A DNA stretch of 64,000 nucleotides. Source: Xylographa opegraphella (Eukaryota). Every line of letters starts with the position of its first letter. Positions within the stretch are counted from its first letter, which is position 1. Position numbers and translations under genes: made by a program. The stretch covers positions 62,001-126,000 of the forward strand of contig JALDZX010000012.1 in assembly GCA_022813865.1 (NCBI GenBank), given 5' to 3'. A model generated the notes under the pieces. It was given only the letters and a program-made list of their open reading frames with translations, was not told the origin of the DNA and did no database searches. Below are positions 52,708 to 64,000 of this stretch, piece by piece.

Positions 52708-53564
52708 AAGCAAGGTCATTGACAGTATTGGCTGGGCGTTATTGACAGGTTGATGACTGGAAGTCAATTGAAAGCTAGTCAAATCCTCTAAGGCCAGTGG
52801 AAGATCCGTAAAGGCACGACTGCTTTACTATTATTTTCTATTGGTAATGTTGAACGTCGAAGGCGCTGGAGGCACTTTATTGTCTGTCTGATTGCTGGAT
52901 GGAACTATATTGAGTATGCATGCTAGCCAATGGGCCCGCTCATCAATTATCATCATTTTCTATTTGCTTTGCACATTACTTGCTTCACCTAGATTCACCG
53001 CCTCCTCTTATTTCATATACATTGCTGTCCAATCTAGTTCACGAAATTATTTTGAAGAGAGACGTCTTATAGAGAATAGTGAACATAGGTAGGACATTCA
53101 ATTGTAAATCTAAGTACTGTGAGCCAGAGGATGAGACAATATTCACCATTCTCGCAAAATAGTTCTCCTTAATATGCAGTGATGGTGTTACATCAGGATA
53201 CAGTATGATAGAAATCTAGTGAATGTAATCAACTGCCTCAGATTCGAGTAAATCTGGAAAGACAAATATGCATTGTTGAATTTGTGATTTGCATGACTGA
53301 CCGCCACCGCCAGTTTCAGACCATGAGCAACGCGGATTGGTGCATGAATCAGCGACCGGTCGCAGTGTATATACCGGCAAAACGGACTGTATACTCAACA
53401 ATTTGTGATTAAAGGATTGACCGTCTTGTGTATTACTGTGTATTACTGCTGTAAATAGTACTGTAGTCTTTCCCTTGATGATGAGCATGGACTTCTAAGC
53501 TCCGAACTGGAACAATATTCAGTTACGACGCTTTAATAACCCACCCAGAGTCAGCTTTACGATA

Positions 53565-54425
53565 ATGGCAGACTCGGAACTCCGGCTACGGCCAACAACG
53601 TCGTCCAAGAGCAAGAAGATCCTGACGCCCACAAGCTCCGAGTCGGAGGACGAGGAACCCAAAATCCACCACCGTCCAGAATCACTGTCTCGCACGCGCA
53701 TCACCGTTGTCGACGTCCTCCGTGTGCTGGGCGGGCTCTTCTTGCTATCGTGCACCCTATCATACTTCATCACCAATGACTCTGTTTTCTGGGGCCATCG
53801 CCCTAGCTTCACTCGTCCGGCGTGGCTCAAAGCTCGCATTGTAAGCCTGGCCCCTTTCGAGTATGCTGTGCATTCTAGGCCTCGCTGATAACAGTCGTAG
53901 CGGGGCCCTCTCCTGCTGACGGAGGCAGAGCTTAGCAAATATGACGGTTCGGATCCGACACTCCCTATCTACCTCGCCCTCAACTCCTCCATCTACGATG
54001 TCTCCGCGTCGCCGCACTTCTACGGACCTGGAGGCTCGTATCACTTTTTTGCCGGGCGGGATGCCACACGTGCTTTCGTGACCGGTTGTTTTGAGGAAGA
54101 CCTCAACGGGGATCTACGAGGTGTGGAGGAGATGTTTGTTCCACTTGAGTTGGAGGAGCAGCCTCACCCGAGAAATATGCCCGAAGGCAGGGCGAGAACT
54201 GCGAGGGGGAGGTGGAAGGTTGATAGGGAGAAGGCGTACAGAAAGGGCAGGGAAAAGGTAAAGGAGATGGTGGAGCAGTGGAGGCAAACGTTTGATGGAG
54301 GGAAGGAGGGGAAGTATTTCTGGGTAGGAACGGTGAAGAGGGAGGAGGGTTGGGAGGGGCCGAAAAAGTTGCTGTGCGAGAAGGCGGCGATGAGTCGGCC
54401 GAAGACTAAGGCAGAGGTTGTATAG
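53565..54425 (+). CDS. Cytochrome b5-like heme/steroid-binding (MAPR) membrane protein, 2 exons
   Basis: TM segment; intron 53841-53900; LTEAELSKYDGSDPTLPIYLALNSSIYDVS..YGPGGSYHFFAGRDATRAFVTGCF. Confidence 0.92.
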
Positions 54426-54710
54426 TGGCGTTGAGTTTGGTAGTAAGAAACAGCAACTGCGAAGACGTTATCGAGAAGTATTCTGAAAATGGTATATCAA
54501 TCTTGATGCTCGCATGTATGCTCGAATCCTAACTCTTCGTTGTTATCGGAAACAACGGTGGCGTACCGAGGATCTCAACTCTGCAACAGGAGCCCACATT
54601 CAGCTGGATTGAAAGATCAACGTCTCAAATTAGTGTCAAATACATCATAACATGCACGTAGATTATATCCCAAATAAGTGAGTATGCGGAATCAAGGCAA
54701 TTTTCGCTAT

Positions 54711-55196
54711 CTACTCGGCGGCTGCAACGGCTCGTGCTGGGATAGTATCAGTATCAATGTAAAAAAGGAGAGCTAGCCTATTTATACGACTCACTGTAGA
54801 TGCTCAACTTGCTGTGCCCCACAATCTTCTTGATCTGACCCTTCTCCTCCAAGTCGTTCAACGCCTTCCTTGCCAGGCTGCCATTGATCTTTAGCCGATC
54901 CACAAGTGTTGCGACTGTGATAAGACGGTAGGATTGGACATCTTTGTAGAGTTTATCGGAGGTGGCTTTATCGAGAATAACGGCGTGGTTGGCCTTGTCC
55001 TTGACTATAGAATAGTGCTTTAATTAGGTCGTGCGTCCACTTTTGGATATGAAATGACACAATGGCGAAGCGGATCTCGTAGCATACCCTTCCCCTTCGA
55101 CCACTTCTTCTTCTGCTTCTTGCCTCCAGTTGCTGACGGAGCCTATCACTAGAATCAGTTGCTGAAATGGTAGCGACAATAAGGAGTGCATACCAT
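54711..55196 (-). CDS. RPS25: 40S ribosomal protein S25 (eS25), 4 exons; first coding exon is the ATG only
   Basis: M|APSATGGKKQKKKWSKGK|VKDKANHAVILDKATSDKLYKDVQSYRLITVATLVDRLKINGSLARKAL..QVEHLQ-frame exon ending IY|TRAVAAAE*. Confidence 0.95.
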
Positions 55197-56066
55197 CGTG
55201 AGGGAAATACGTTATGAGGATGGTTGATGACTTGACAATGAAACGTAGGTAGACTACACGATGAATTTCAATGTGGGGCATGACTAAGCTATATCAGCCC
55301 TACGCTGTGTTTCGCGAGAGCACACTTTGTCCTCAACTATCTAGACTCATCTCTGAAGCACACTTCTAACAGTTGAGTCTTGTATGTAGCCTACTATTTC
55401 TGAAGCTTCCGGTCGCAAGAATTCGTCCTGATGCTGCTTCACTTTATGCTACGATTCAAGAACACCACTCCGTAATCCCATGCGACAACCGCTTGTCCGA
55501 GAGTCGACGGGTGGTCCTCTTCATGTGCAGATGGAGAATACGAGGCTGCTTTTGTTTCTAATCTTCAGACTGTCTAGTAAAGGTGTTCTTTGAGTTCCTT
55601 ATGCTCATGTGTTCCATTTCGTTTGGATGGCAGGTCAAGCTAGCTTGTTGGGTATGAAGGCGCAGCAGATTTGCTGACTTCCGACGTTCACGTGTACAAA
55701 ATTGTGCTCCAGAAATGTCTCTCGGAACTCTGCAAGTGGACTGAAGAATTTGTTGTAATGATCCGAACTGTTGCATATTGTATTGGATTCAACTGAGCCC
55801 AATTCTTGCAGACTCTTTCATCAGTTGTTCGTTCTTTGAGCGCAGCCACGCAACGGGCCCAACTTCCCAAACCAACCACCAACTTTCGTTAGGATCAAAA
55901 ATCAACCACTGAGCGTTGGGGAGAACACCCGTCTGCCCTAGTCGTAGGAGATATTATGGTCAACTGCCCTTTCTTGTTCCACTACACTCTGGACAGTCTA
56001 CATTCTTATTCCATAGCTCATTGATTTAGCATCTTTTGCGGGTCAAAAGATCTGACTATACCCGTC

Positions 56067-57383
56067 ATGTCTAATTGTAGGCTATACCCTTTATGTGGAC
56101 CTAATCACACCCTTTACTAACGGTGTCCGTATAGCAACTGGAAACTCGACGATGACTGGTACAACGGTCTTGGCGGTCTTTGGCTATAGTCCATCCATGC
56201 CAATGGCATGGATAGGGGGAGTGGTGTTCACGCTGTCCGCGCTTGTCCATATATTCCAGTACTTCAAACACCGAGCTTGGTATTTCTATCTCATGATGCT
56301 GGGCATCATCATGGAGGTTTTTGGGTACTGGACCCGAGTTATTGCGATTCAAAATCCAAATAATAATGCGGCTGTCTTTATGACATTCCTTCTTACTACG
56401 TAAGATCTTTCTTCTACTGGTGGCACAACTTGAACTGACACTCTTCGGAAGAATCGCTCCATCGTTTCTAGCTGCGGGTTGCTATATGAGTTTTGGCCGC
56501 ATCGTCTACTGGGTCACTCCTGAAAATCGTCGAGGCTTCCGACAAATCTGCGTTCCAGCACGTTTTATTACCATAATTTTCATCGCCCTGGACATGTTGT
56601 CGTTCTCCGTTCAATGCATTGGCATTTTCTTCTTGATTGGCAAGCTGAGCAGTCAAGGTCAAACCGCTGACCAGCAAAATCAAGCTGTCAAGACAACTTA
56701 CGATATCCTGAGGGTTGGTTTTATCATGCAGAATATAGTTTTCGGTGTCTTTATGCTTGTTGTATTCCGGTTCATGTTCGCAAGCAAAGCTTGGAAATTT
56801 GATTGGCCCGAGGCTGGAAGTAGCCGCTGGAGAACTGCTGGATGGGCGATAGTCGCCGCCGCTTTCATGATTGCTGTGGGTTTTCGTTCGGCGGAGTCGT
56901 GGTTCATTTGCTAATCTATTTTCAGGGACGTTCATTATTCCGGTGCCTTGAGTTCACCCTCAACAGAGGAGACAACTACCTCCGATCACATGAGTGGCCT
57001 TTCTATCTCTTTGATATGGTACCTATCATTCGTACGTTGAACCCAATTTCCTACATCGTCCATTCAAACTCGGTCATCTTCATATACTAATATGTCTTGC
57101 AGTTGTTTTGATGATCTTTAATGTTGCCCATCCTGCCAGATTCCTACCGCCCGACTACTGCACCGTTCGTCACGCATATAAGAAGCCAGGATATAAAGGG
57201 GCCTCTGCGACAAAATCAGAAGAGAACGATCAGCCTGCCCCTGGTTATTCCCGTGTTTCTTTGGTTCCTCCACCACTGGCACCACCTAGGAACAACGCCG
57301 GCATGACACAAGCACCGAACTCATCAGTAACTTTTTCCAGTCCTTGGAACAGCCGTCCATCACCGGGTGCAGATCGATACTGA
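56067..57383 (+). CDS. RTA1-like (lipid-translocating exporter family) 7-TM protein, multi-exon
   Basis: YSPS, MEVFGYWTR, IAPSFLAAGCYMSFGRIV, FIALDMLSFSVQ..G, RSLFRCLEF, YLRSHEWPFYLFD and HPARFLP. A 10-nt first coding exon starts at 56067. Confidence 0.9.
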
Positions 57384-59177
57384 ACACACATGTGTATGAG
57401 TGAAGTGAGTAAGTGCCAATAAGGTAGTTGTTGGAGTAACCATAACATAATCAACTGGCTTTATATAAGGAACAGATTGACCACCCAGAATCGACACCGA
57501 GTCGGACAGGAAACGGAAAAATTAGCTATGAAGGTCCAAGACCTGGGAGAAATTTTGAGCCAAGACGGCAATATCTCTAGGCCAGGCAAATAGAGTGATC
57601 AGTTGCTACGTTCTAGAGAACGAGCATAATCAGACCGTGTTACAATCTATCTTTACTCCATCGCTAATGACCACGGATTCGTAACCTTCGAACACCGTAA
57701 ATTCTAAGAGTGCATGTTCCAGTTTGAATTTTGAGAGAACTTCCCCCGCCTTTCATCGTAATCACGCAATCTCTGCATTTCGGCTTATAAGGGGTTATTA
57801 CGGCACCAAAACTTTGTATGGATAGCGTCATATTCGAGAATTGTAGTTGCATCCTACGGGTCGGCCCGGTTGGCTTGCGCTGAATGGCCAGATCGCCACA
57901 TAGCTTTAGTCTGCGCTGCTGGCCTGCTACATGGCCCGACAAATAAGCTCGCATGATGTATACAATTCTGCGTTAGACCATTGCTTGGTCCAACAATTAT
58001 CTGGGCCACACTCGACAACCGCGACGGATGTCCACACGTCCTACCTTTCAATTACGCCGCCTTCATCTGGACATGGTTGACACTATCCTGGCGAGCGGAC
58101 TGGGGAAGCTGTACGGAGTAGGCCTATTTCTTGTTGGCGCATTTTTGTGGTGCGGTCATACAACACTGGGTTGCAGATATCTACAACCTCCAAGAGACCG
58201 CGAGGGTGTGGACGGCACACTCTTCTCTCCCAGCGGTCTTCCATTTGTGGATGAGCTGTTGTGAAAGACCCCACTAATTGCGTTGAGTACCTTCAATCCG
58301 TGTCGGTCAACGCAGGACAAACCATTAAAGGCCCAGGTACAGAGGCACCGCAGCGATTATCCAATCCTATACTTCGATCTCTTCCACTAGACTCGAGGAA
58401 CACTGTGAGCACGCCCTTGTCTCTGCATCACTATGGTGCAGACAAAGTCACAAGTTGGTCTGCTTAGGGGACAGTAAAACATTAAAGAGTCCGCATTGAG
58501 CTCTACCAGAATCTTCCCTGCCAATTATCAGAGTCTGATTAAATTTTATCAGAGACTTCGTCGTATGCTATTCACCGCAGGTTTAGTTATGGCCAATATT
58601 CATCATATCGAGTCAGATAAGATTCATGTTAAAACTCTTCACCTAACATCAGGCTTGTACCCACACAGCCTCATTCGCCAAGGTTTATCCAGTTTGGTGC
58701 CCGAAATATCATACATGTTGGGAAACTTTGCCGTCAACCATCTCCGTATCAGTGCGGCCCGAACATGAAGTCCATGTAATGGTTGGCGTCTCAATGTCCT
58801 GCATCAGCAGCCTTTGGCACGATATTCCTGGACATTCCGCTAGTCGTTCGATATCCCAACACTACTTGCCAAGCTCAATTTCTTGGTCGTTGTAGATGAG
58901 ACGACAGTATCATACTCGTGCATTCATGGCTGTGGTGTTACATATATCTGTGTTGATCCCCAATTAATATTTTCAGAGCAAATTTCAAGCCCTTCGTCTG
59001 TTACTTACTCCCTTTCGAAAATCACGACGGTGCTCCGGTAGCACTTGTCATTTTTTTGTCTCTTGTTGTCTATATTCTCGTGACCCATCCTCACATCAGG
59101 TGACTCCCTGTGTGTACAGCACCCCTTCCGGTCAAATAGGACAACTAGTTTTTTGGATCTCTTGCTCCATCTTCAAG

Positions 59178-60794
59178 ATGAAATACGCTGTACATCCTAC
59201 TGAGCTACAAATGGCGAGACAATGCTGATAGTATCAGTTGGTATTCGTCGCATCGACGCTCCTAGTCCCATCAACGCTTGCAATAGAAGGTTTCAGAGGT
59301 TCGGTTGTCCGTGGTACGAGCCTCTATCCAGTAAGACATACAAGGTCCGAGCATGGCTCGATATATGGTCCAATGCAGGAGGCTCCGCTACTTCGTAGGG
59401 GCGCGAATGCAGACACGGAAGTTCTATTCGAAGAACGTTCAGCTCATGCCGACGCTTATGCGTTTCCAGAGGCGGCTGCTGCAATCCGTTCTAACGGTAT
59501 CTCGAGGAGGAATCTAGCTACGGTGGGTAGGACTACCACCAAGCTCGGGAGACGCTACGCCAAAACGACCTCGGGTCGTACCTCAAATTCGGAATCTTCA
59601 AAGTCGAAAAAGCCTGACCGGGTAGGACAAGTCCTCAACAATGCCGGACCTGTACTCGACGGTGCAGGGTATGTTATGCAGGGACTAGGTGGATTATTTG
59701 GCCGTGAACTCATCGTGGAAGAAAACACGGTACCTCATGTACACAAGAGGACTGCCAAATCAACCTCGAGTTCGAGCGCAAAGACTCACAAAAGCTCTTC
59801 TTCCCACCATGACCGTGTGGGACAAGTCCTCAATAACGCAGGCCCTGTACTTGACGGTGTTGGGTCAGTCATGCAAGGAATCCAAGGCTTGTCACTACGC
59901 GACCTTACGATGCAAGAAGCTGCCATCTTGCGCGCACGGAGCCTCCGAGCACAAAGACGTCATGCCAAAAAGACTTCCACAAAGTCTACTGGGTCGACTG
60001 GGTCGACTGGATCTTCGCGTGCAAAAAGCGGCACCTCCTCCGGAAAGACCAAACCACAATCCAGCATCGCGAAGCCCAAGCCCAAGCAGAAGACCTCAAG
60101 CTCAAAGTCTTCTCCTCACCGAGATCACGTCGGCCAGGCTATAGAAAACGCAGCACCCATCCTCGACGGCGTCGGCTCTGTCTTGCAAGGTGTCGATTAC
60201 CTCACACAGCGCGATTTGTCGGGGGAAGAACTTGGTTCTCTCGAAGCCCGAAACTTTGGATCAGCCGCAACCCGTGGCCGTTCATTCAACCATTTCTATA
60301 CCGATTCGCTGCAGAACAAGGTCACAACAACTCCTCAAGAGTCGCGAGTGAAGCTCGAGGCGGAGTCGAAACAGCTAGGCAAGCCTAAGTTTGTACGACG
60401 TTCCGCAGCCGTCGGTAGCTACTCCCAGCCTCTTGAGAGAGATGTCGAGAACATCGTAGGCGGTTTGATTGCCCGCGAAGCGGAAGCGGAAGCGGAAGCG
60501 GAAGCGGAAGCGGAAGCTGCAAATGAAATCACCGTCTTACCCAACAGCACCACAACCACGACGACATCCGCAGCTGGCGATCAAGTTGTGAACACCGTCA
60601 GCATTTCTGAGAGCGCAAAGGACGGAAGCTCCGCTGCAGAGATGGAGACCAAGGATGGAGAGAAGAAAGGAAAAGAACACGCGGTCGAGGAGCAGAAGCA
60701 CGATGCAGAGCCTGTACCGAGCATTCCGGCCTCAGTCACCAAGGTTGCTGCACGCGCCGCGGAGATTGTCCGCAGCTGGACCGGGTCGCAGTAG
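59178..60794 (+). CDS. Secreted repeat-containing precursor with Kex2-type sites (KEP-like), 2 exons
   Basis: MKYA | intron 59190-59237 | LVFVASTLLVPSTLA signal peptide; three 30-aa repeats; multiple RR/KR sites; AR-(EA)7 tract. Confidence 0.8.
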
Positions 60795-61280
60795 ACTGCT
60801 GGTGAATGGGACAGGGCAGATGGTGGACATGGAGTTTCATTGGTGAGGTTGGAAATGCTCATTGTTTTCATTCAAGATAGATCATTGGCGTTTCTCGGAT
60901 TTCATGGGAGGGAGGCGGAGGTGAGATCCAGGGGTGCAAAATCACAGCACTGGCGTTTGGTGGTGGGCGTTCAGCAAGTCGGCAAGAGGCTCTTGGGATA
61001 TGTGAGACCGGATTCTTGCATCTTCAGATACATAGGGTAGCTCGAGCAATGATATTGAGATTTACGTATCAGTAAGCAAGAAGCTATGTAAAATTTATAA
61101 TACTGCTATTGTGGTGAGATGGTTGTATATGTACTCGGGTAATATTAGCACCGACAACGGGGATATTGTATCAATGTGAAGCCCCAGAGTACTGGATACT
61201 GAAATATGTGCAACATTGCAATGAATTAACAAGCATAGAAACAATAATGTAAGAGCTAAGCAGGCATAGCATAGCGAATA

Positions 61281-61580
61281 TCAGTCGCTTGCGTGGTTGT
61301 GGGTTCGATGAGCGGAAAAGGGATATATTTCGTAATTAGGTGTCTGCTCTTCAACAAGGGTGGTGCACTGGTATGAGCGCCTGGGCGTAAATTGGTCTCG
61401 CCTATCCTGCAACGGGTTCAAATCCCGGTGCAGGAACCCGCAGTATGTTAATGCCACTGCATATGCCCACAGCTCATCCCAGTGAGGCAGCAACACAGGC
61501 TGCTCCAATACGAAACATGTAGGGCCTTTTCATGGTGATTGGTCGGGATGTCAATCACTGACTGCTGCTCGAAGTTTTTT
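61281..61580 (+). ncRNA. Candidate structured Pol III-type ncRNA with tRNA-like four-way-junction core (unassigned; could be a tRNA-derived SINE)
   Basis: A-box-like TGGTGCACTGG (61361-61371), B-box GGTTCAAATCC (61415-61425), abutting helices, a long enclosing stem and T6 at 61575-61580. G-U pairs favour the + strand. Ends are approximate. Confidence 0.55.
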
Positions 61581-62242
61581 GCCTCCTTGAAGCTTGGTAG
61601 GGAGGGATCACGGAGTAGACGCCTCGGCCCTTTTTTGTTTTGTGGTGACCATACCGGGCTTAGCAAACACTGATTATTTTTTTGTTTCCTTCGTGTCATT
61701 CCCATTTTGACCCACCAAAACGCACCGAGAACTATATGAAAATCCTTATGATTCTTTGCTTCGAGAAACAGGAAGGACAATGATCAACAACATACACAAA
61801 ATCTCTGGCAAGCAATGCTTAAAGTATATACAAGCAAACAAGGGTACGTACAGACTTCCCTTCTTTATACAACGTTATATACCACGGTTTCCCAGATGAT
61901 TATTCAATCAGAAGGCGTGGAACGACCTTTTGCCTCCCTGTGATACCATCAAAGAGGCCTTTCGCCATGCACAGAGCAACATCGAATATTTCGACCAGTG
62001 TGAATTTGGCTGCTTGGCTTCTGGAGCGGCAGACACATTGACAGTCACACCGAGGTGGAGTAAGGAAGCACTCCGAGCTCTGAAGGTTCAGCATTCACGT
62101 AGGCTTCACCAGTATCGGGAAGCTCCTTCCGTTGTGGGCGGTGATGACATCCATCCAATCTTTAGGCAGTTCCTGGGTGCGCTCTCTGTTCTCCAAACAT
62201 TGCTAAAGTGAGATTCCCTTTACGCAACACTTTGGTGGAAAA

Positions 62243-63496
62243 GATGGCCGTAGCACTAAATCGAAATGAGCTCCGGACATGGAGTCAATACATTCGAGAC
62301 ACGTTGATTCCTGAGCTTAAAGATGGGATCGCAGTCGCATTGACCACCAGCATCATAGATGCAATCCGTACCTTTTTGTATGAGCTACGAACCGCACATA
62401 TCGATGTTGACGTTCTCCGATACTCGCGCCTTCACACAGCGCTCAAGGAAGTTTGCGTGATGAGTGATAGATGGCCAACGATGATAACATTACCAGCTGC
62501 AGCGCTGCTTAAGACGTGGGAGATGAGATATGGGCCTCTGAGCGACATTACAGCGGATCTGTGGGGACCTGGAGGTAGATTAGAGGGTCTGGTTAAGCTC
62601 ACGGATGCAGGGAGACTCTCGAATGATGGTACATCCAGAAGGGTTTCATCACCCGTAATGACGACGATACGGCCAAAGAGTACGAAATCTTCTTGGAGTG
62701 TGGAAGGAAGCAATGGACCGTTCTTCGCTATGAAAACAGGCCATAATGGCTTCAGCGTCGGAGAGTATGTAAAGCACAGAAAGCAATACCCCTAGTTGAT
62801 TTTGTACTGATTGACGAGGAAGCTGGTGGATTAAGCCCGCGGCTGCTTACCGGGATGGGATCATACATGGGTCGACCAACGGGATAACAGCAGATATGGA
62901 TGGAGCATACGCCATCTTGATGACTGACATGGAAGAGGTGGAAACTGGTGAGGAAAACATTATCCGTTACTGGGCATCACGAAAAGACCCCGGCTGCCTC
63001 CAGCTAATGAAGAATGTGCATTCGCGCGAAATGGTACGGGTGCTCCGTAGCTGGCGGCTCTGCTCTCGATTGGCGCCAAAGGCAGGTTTGAGATACGACG
63101 GGCTGTGAGTAGGCCAGCCTCTTTTCAATCATTGAGCTGGCTAAACCTTTGCGTAGATATCGCGTATCGGGCTATGGAGTCAAATTGGCAGTCAACCTCC
63201 TTGGCGAGGACGAGTGGCAATACACTTTCGTCCTCGAACGATATCATGACCAGATGAAGCTCGAGAAAGCGCTTTGCCACCCTACTGCGGACGAGATGGA
63301 CGACTGGAGAGCTTACAAGCAGACCAGAGACAGCATCTCGGACAATAGCAATGATGGACCGTCTCCAGCATTTCAAGACGGCGACAAGAAGGTTATGGAT
63401 TGGATGCAAAACAATGCAGGCCAAATCGACGATGGTAGTTTTAAGAAGCCGAACGAGACTGAAGCACGAACAATAACAGAATGGCGGTCTGAGTGA
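62243..63496 (+). CDS. SRA/YDG (PUA-like) domain protein, at least 3 exons; N-terminus uncertain
   Basis: GHNGFSVG.WW..AAAYRDGIIHG..GI..GAYAILM and VRVLRS..APKAGLRYDGLYRV..F.LER..Q. Confidence 0.8.
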
Positions 63497-63836
63497 TTGC
63501 GGCCAGTGGCCGAAGCAAGCAGCTGCGTATCGAAAAAGCAGTCAAAGAAGATAGCGGAGAGCGAAAGCCATTCCAAGCCGTTCCAAGATCCGAAGCCTTT
63601 TCGGGAACTGTGTGTTCTTTCGGCATGCGATGTTGTGTTAGCACCTGCGTTGTGTGCTATTGGTGACTGGAAGCAAAGCGCAGAGCAAAGGTGAAGGCGG
63701 TTGGGCCGTTTGGCTTCAATTGCTCCGACATGCGCAGCAGGACTAGGACCTAAGCCCCTCGCGGTTAGTGGGATTAACTGGCCGTCGCAGGGGCTTAGTG
63801 CGCCCACATCTGAAGAGCCGAGGCCACTCCTGCTGC

Positions 63837-63879
63837 GCTGTGTCGCTGTGTCGCTGTGTCGCTGTGTCGCTGTGTCGCT
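63837..63879. repeat. Tandem repeat (GCTGTGTC)5
   Basis: Five exact 8-nt units followed by GCT, read directly. Confidence 0.95.
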
Positions 63880-64000
63880 TGTTAACCACCTCAAGATGCG
63901 AGTATATTCAAGATGGATAGCCTTGTCTAGGTTACAAGAGACCGATTTTGATGGAATTAAGCGACCTTTGGAGTTCGCCAGTTTGAGGCATTAGCAAATG

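Noticed and set aside
59616..60212. Dikaritin/ustiloxin-type RiPP cluster or CRISPR-like repeat array
   Set aside because: The repeats are protein-coding with synonymous divergence, and no DUF3328, tyrosinase or cas genes are present in the window.
61345..61359. TGCTCTTCAACAAGG resembles a stretch of 18S rRNA as I recall it (possible antisense snoRNA guide on the - strand)
   Set aside because: No D/D' box directly follows on the - strand, and the G-U pairs of the structure favour the + strand. Probably coincidence.
61354..61439. Canonical tRNA gene
   Set aside because: D-arm and T-loop look right, but 5' ACAAGGG does not pair with 3' TGCAGGA and there is no 7-nt anticodon loop. Reported as a tRNA-like ncRNA candidate instead.

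Overview
Gene-dense, intron-containing nuclear DNA of a filamentous ascomycete (Pezizomycotina: GT..AG introns of about 50-60 nt with CTRAY branch sites, an MtfA-like C2H2 factor, a Zn2Cys6 factor and Con-6). An AMT2/MEP-alpha-type ammonium transporter would fit a lichen-forming fungus, but that is inference. I can support 24 protein-coding genes. Several are absent from or fragmented in the ORF track: RPS25, Con-6, the Zn2Cys6 cluster exon and a multi-exon Cys-rich secreted protein. I see no canonical tRNA, rRNA, CRISPR array or intact transposon. Two items stand out. (1) A ~295-nt intergenic segment (61281-61580) folds by eye into a gap-free four-way junction with tRNA-like D and T loops, Pol III A/B boxes and a T6 run, yet is not a tRNA. 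(2) A secreted precursor (59178-60794) carries three 30-aa repeats, KR/RR sites and an (EA)7 spacer. Also noted: a dispersed intergenic AGGTA(A/G) motif family, a stand-alone SRA protein, and probable pseudo-enzyme or truncated genes. All assignments come from motif recognition and manual splicing; no database search was run.
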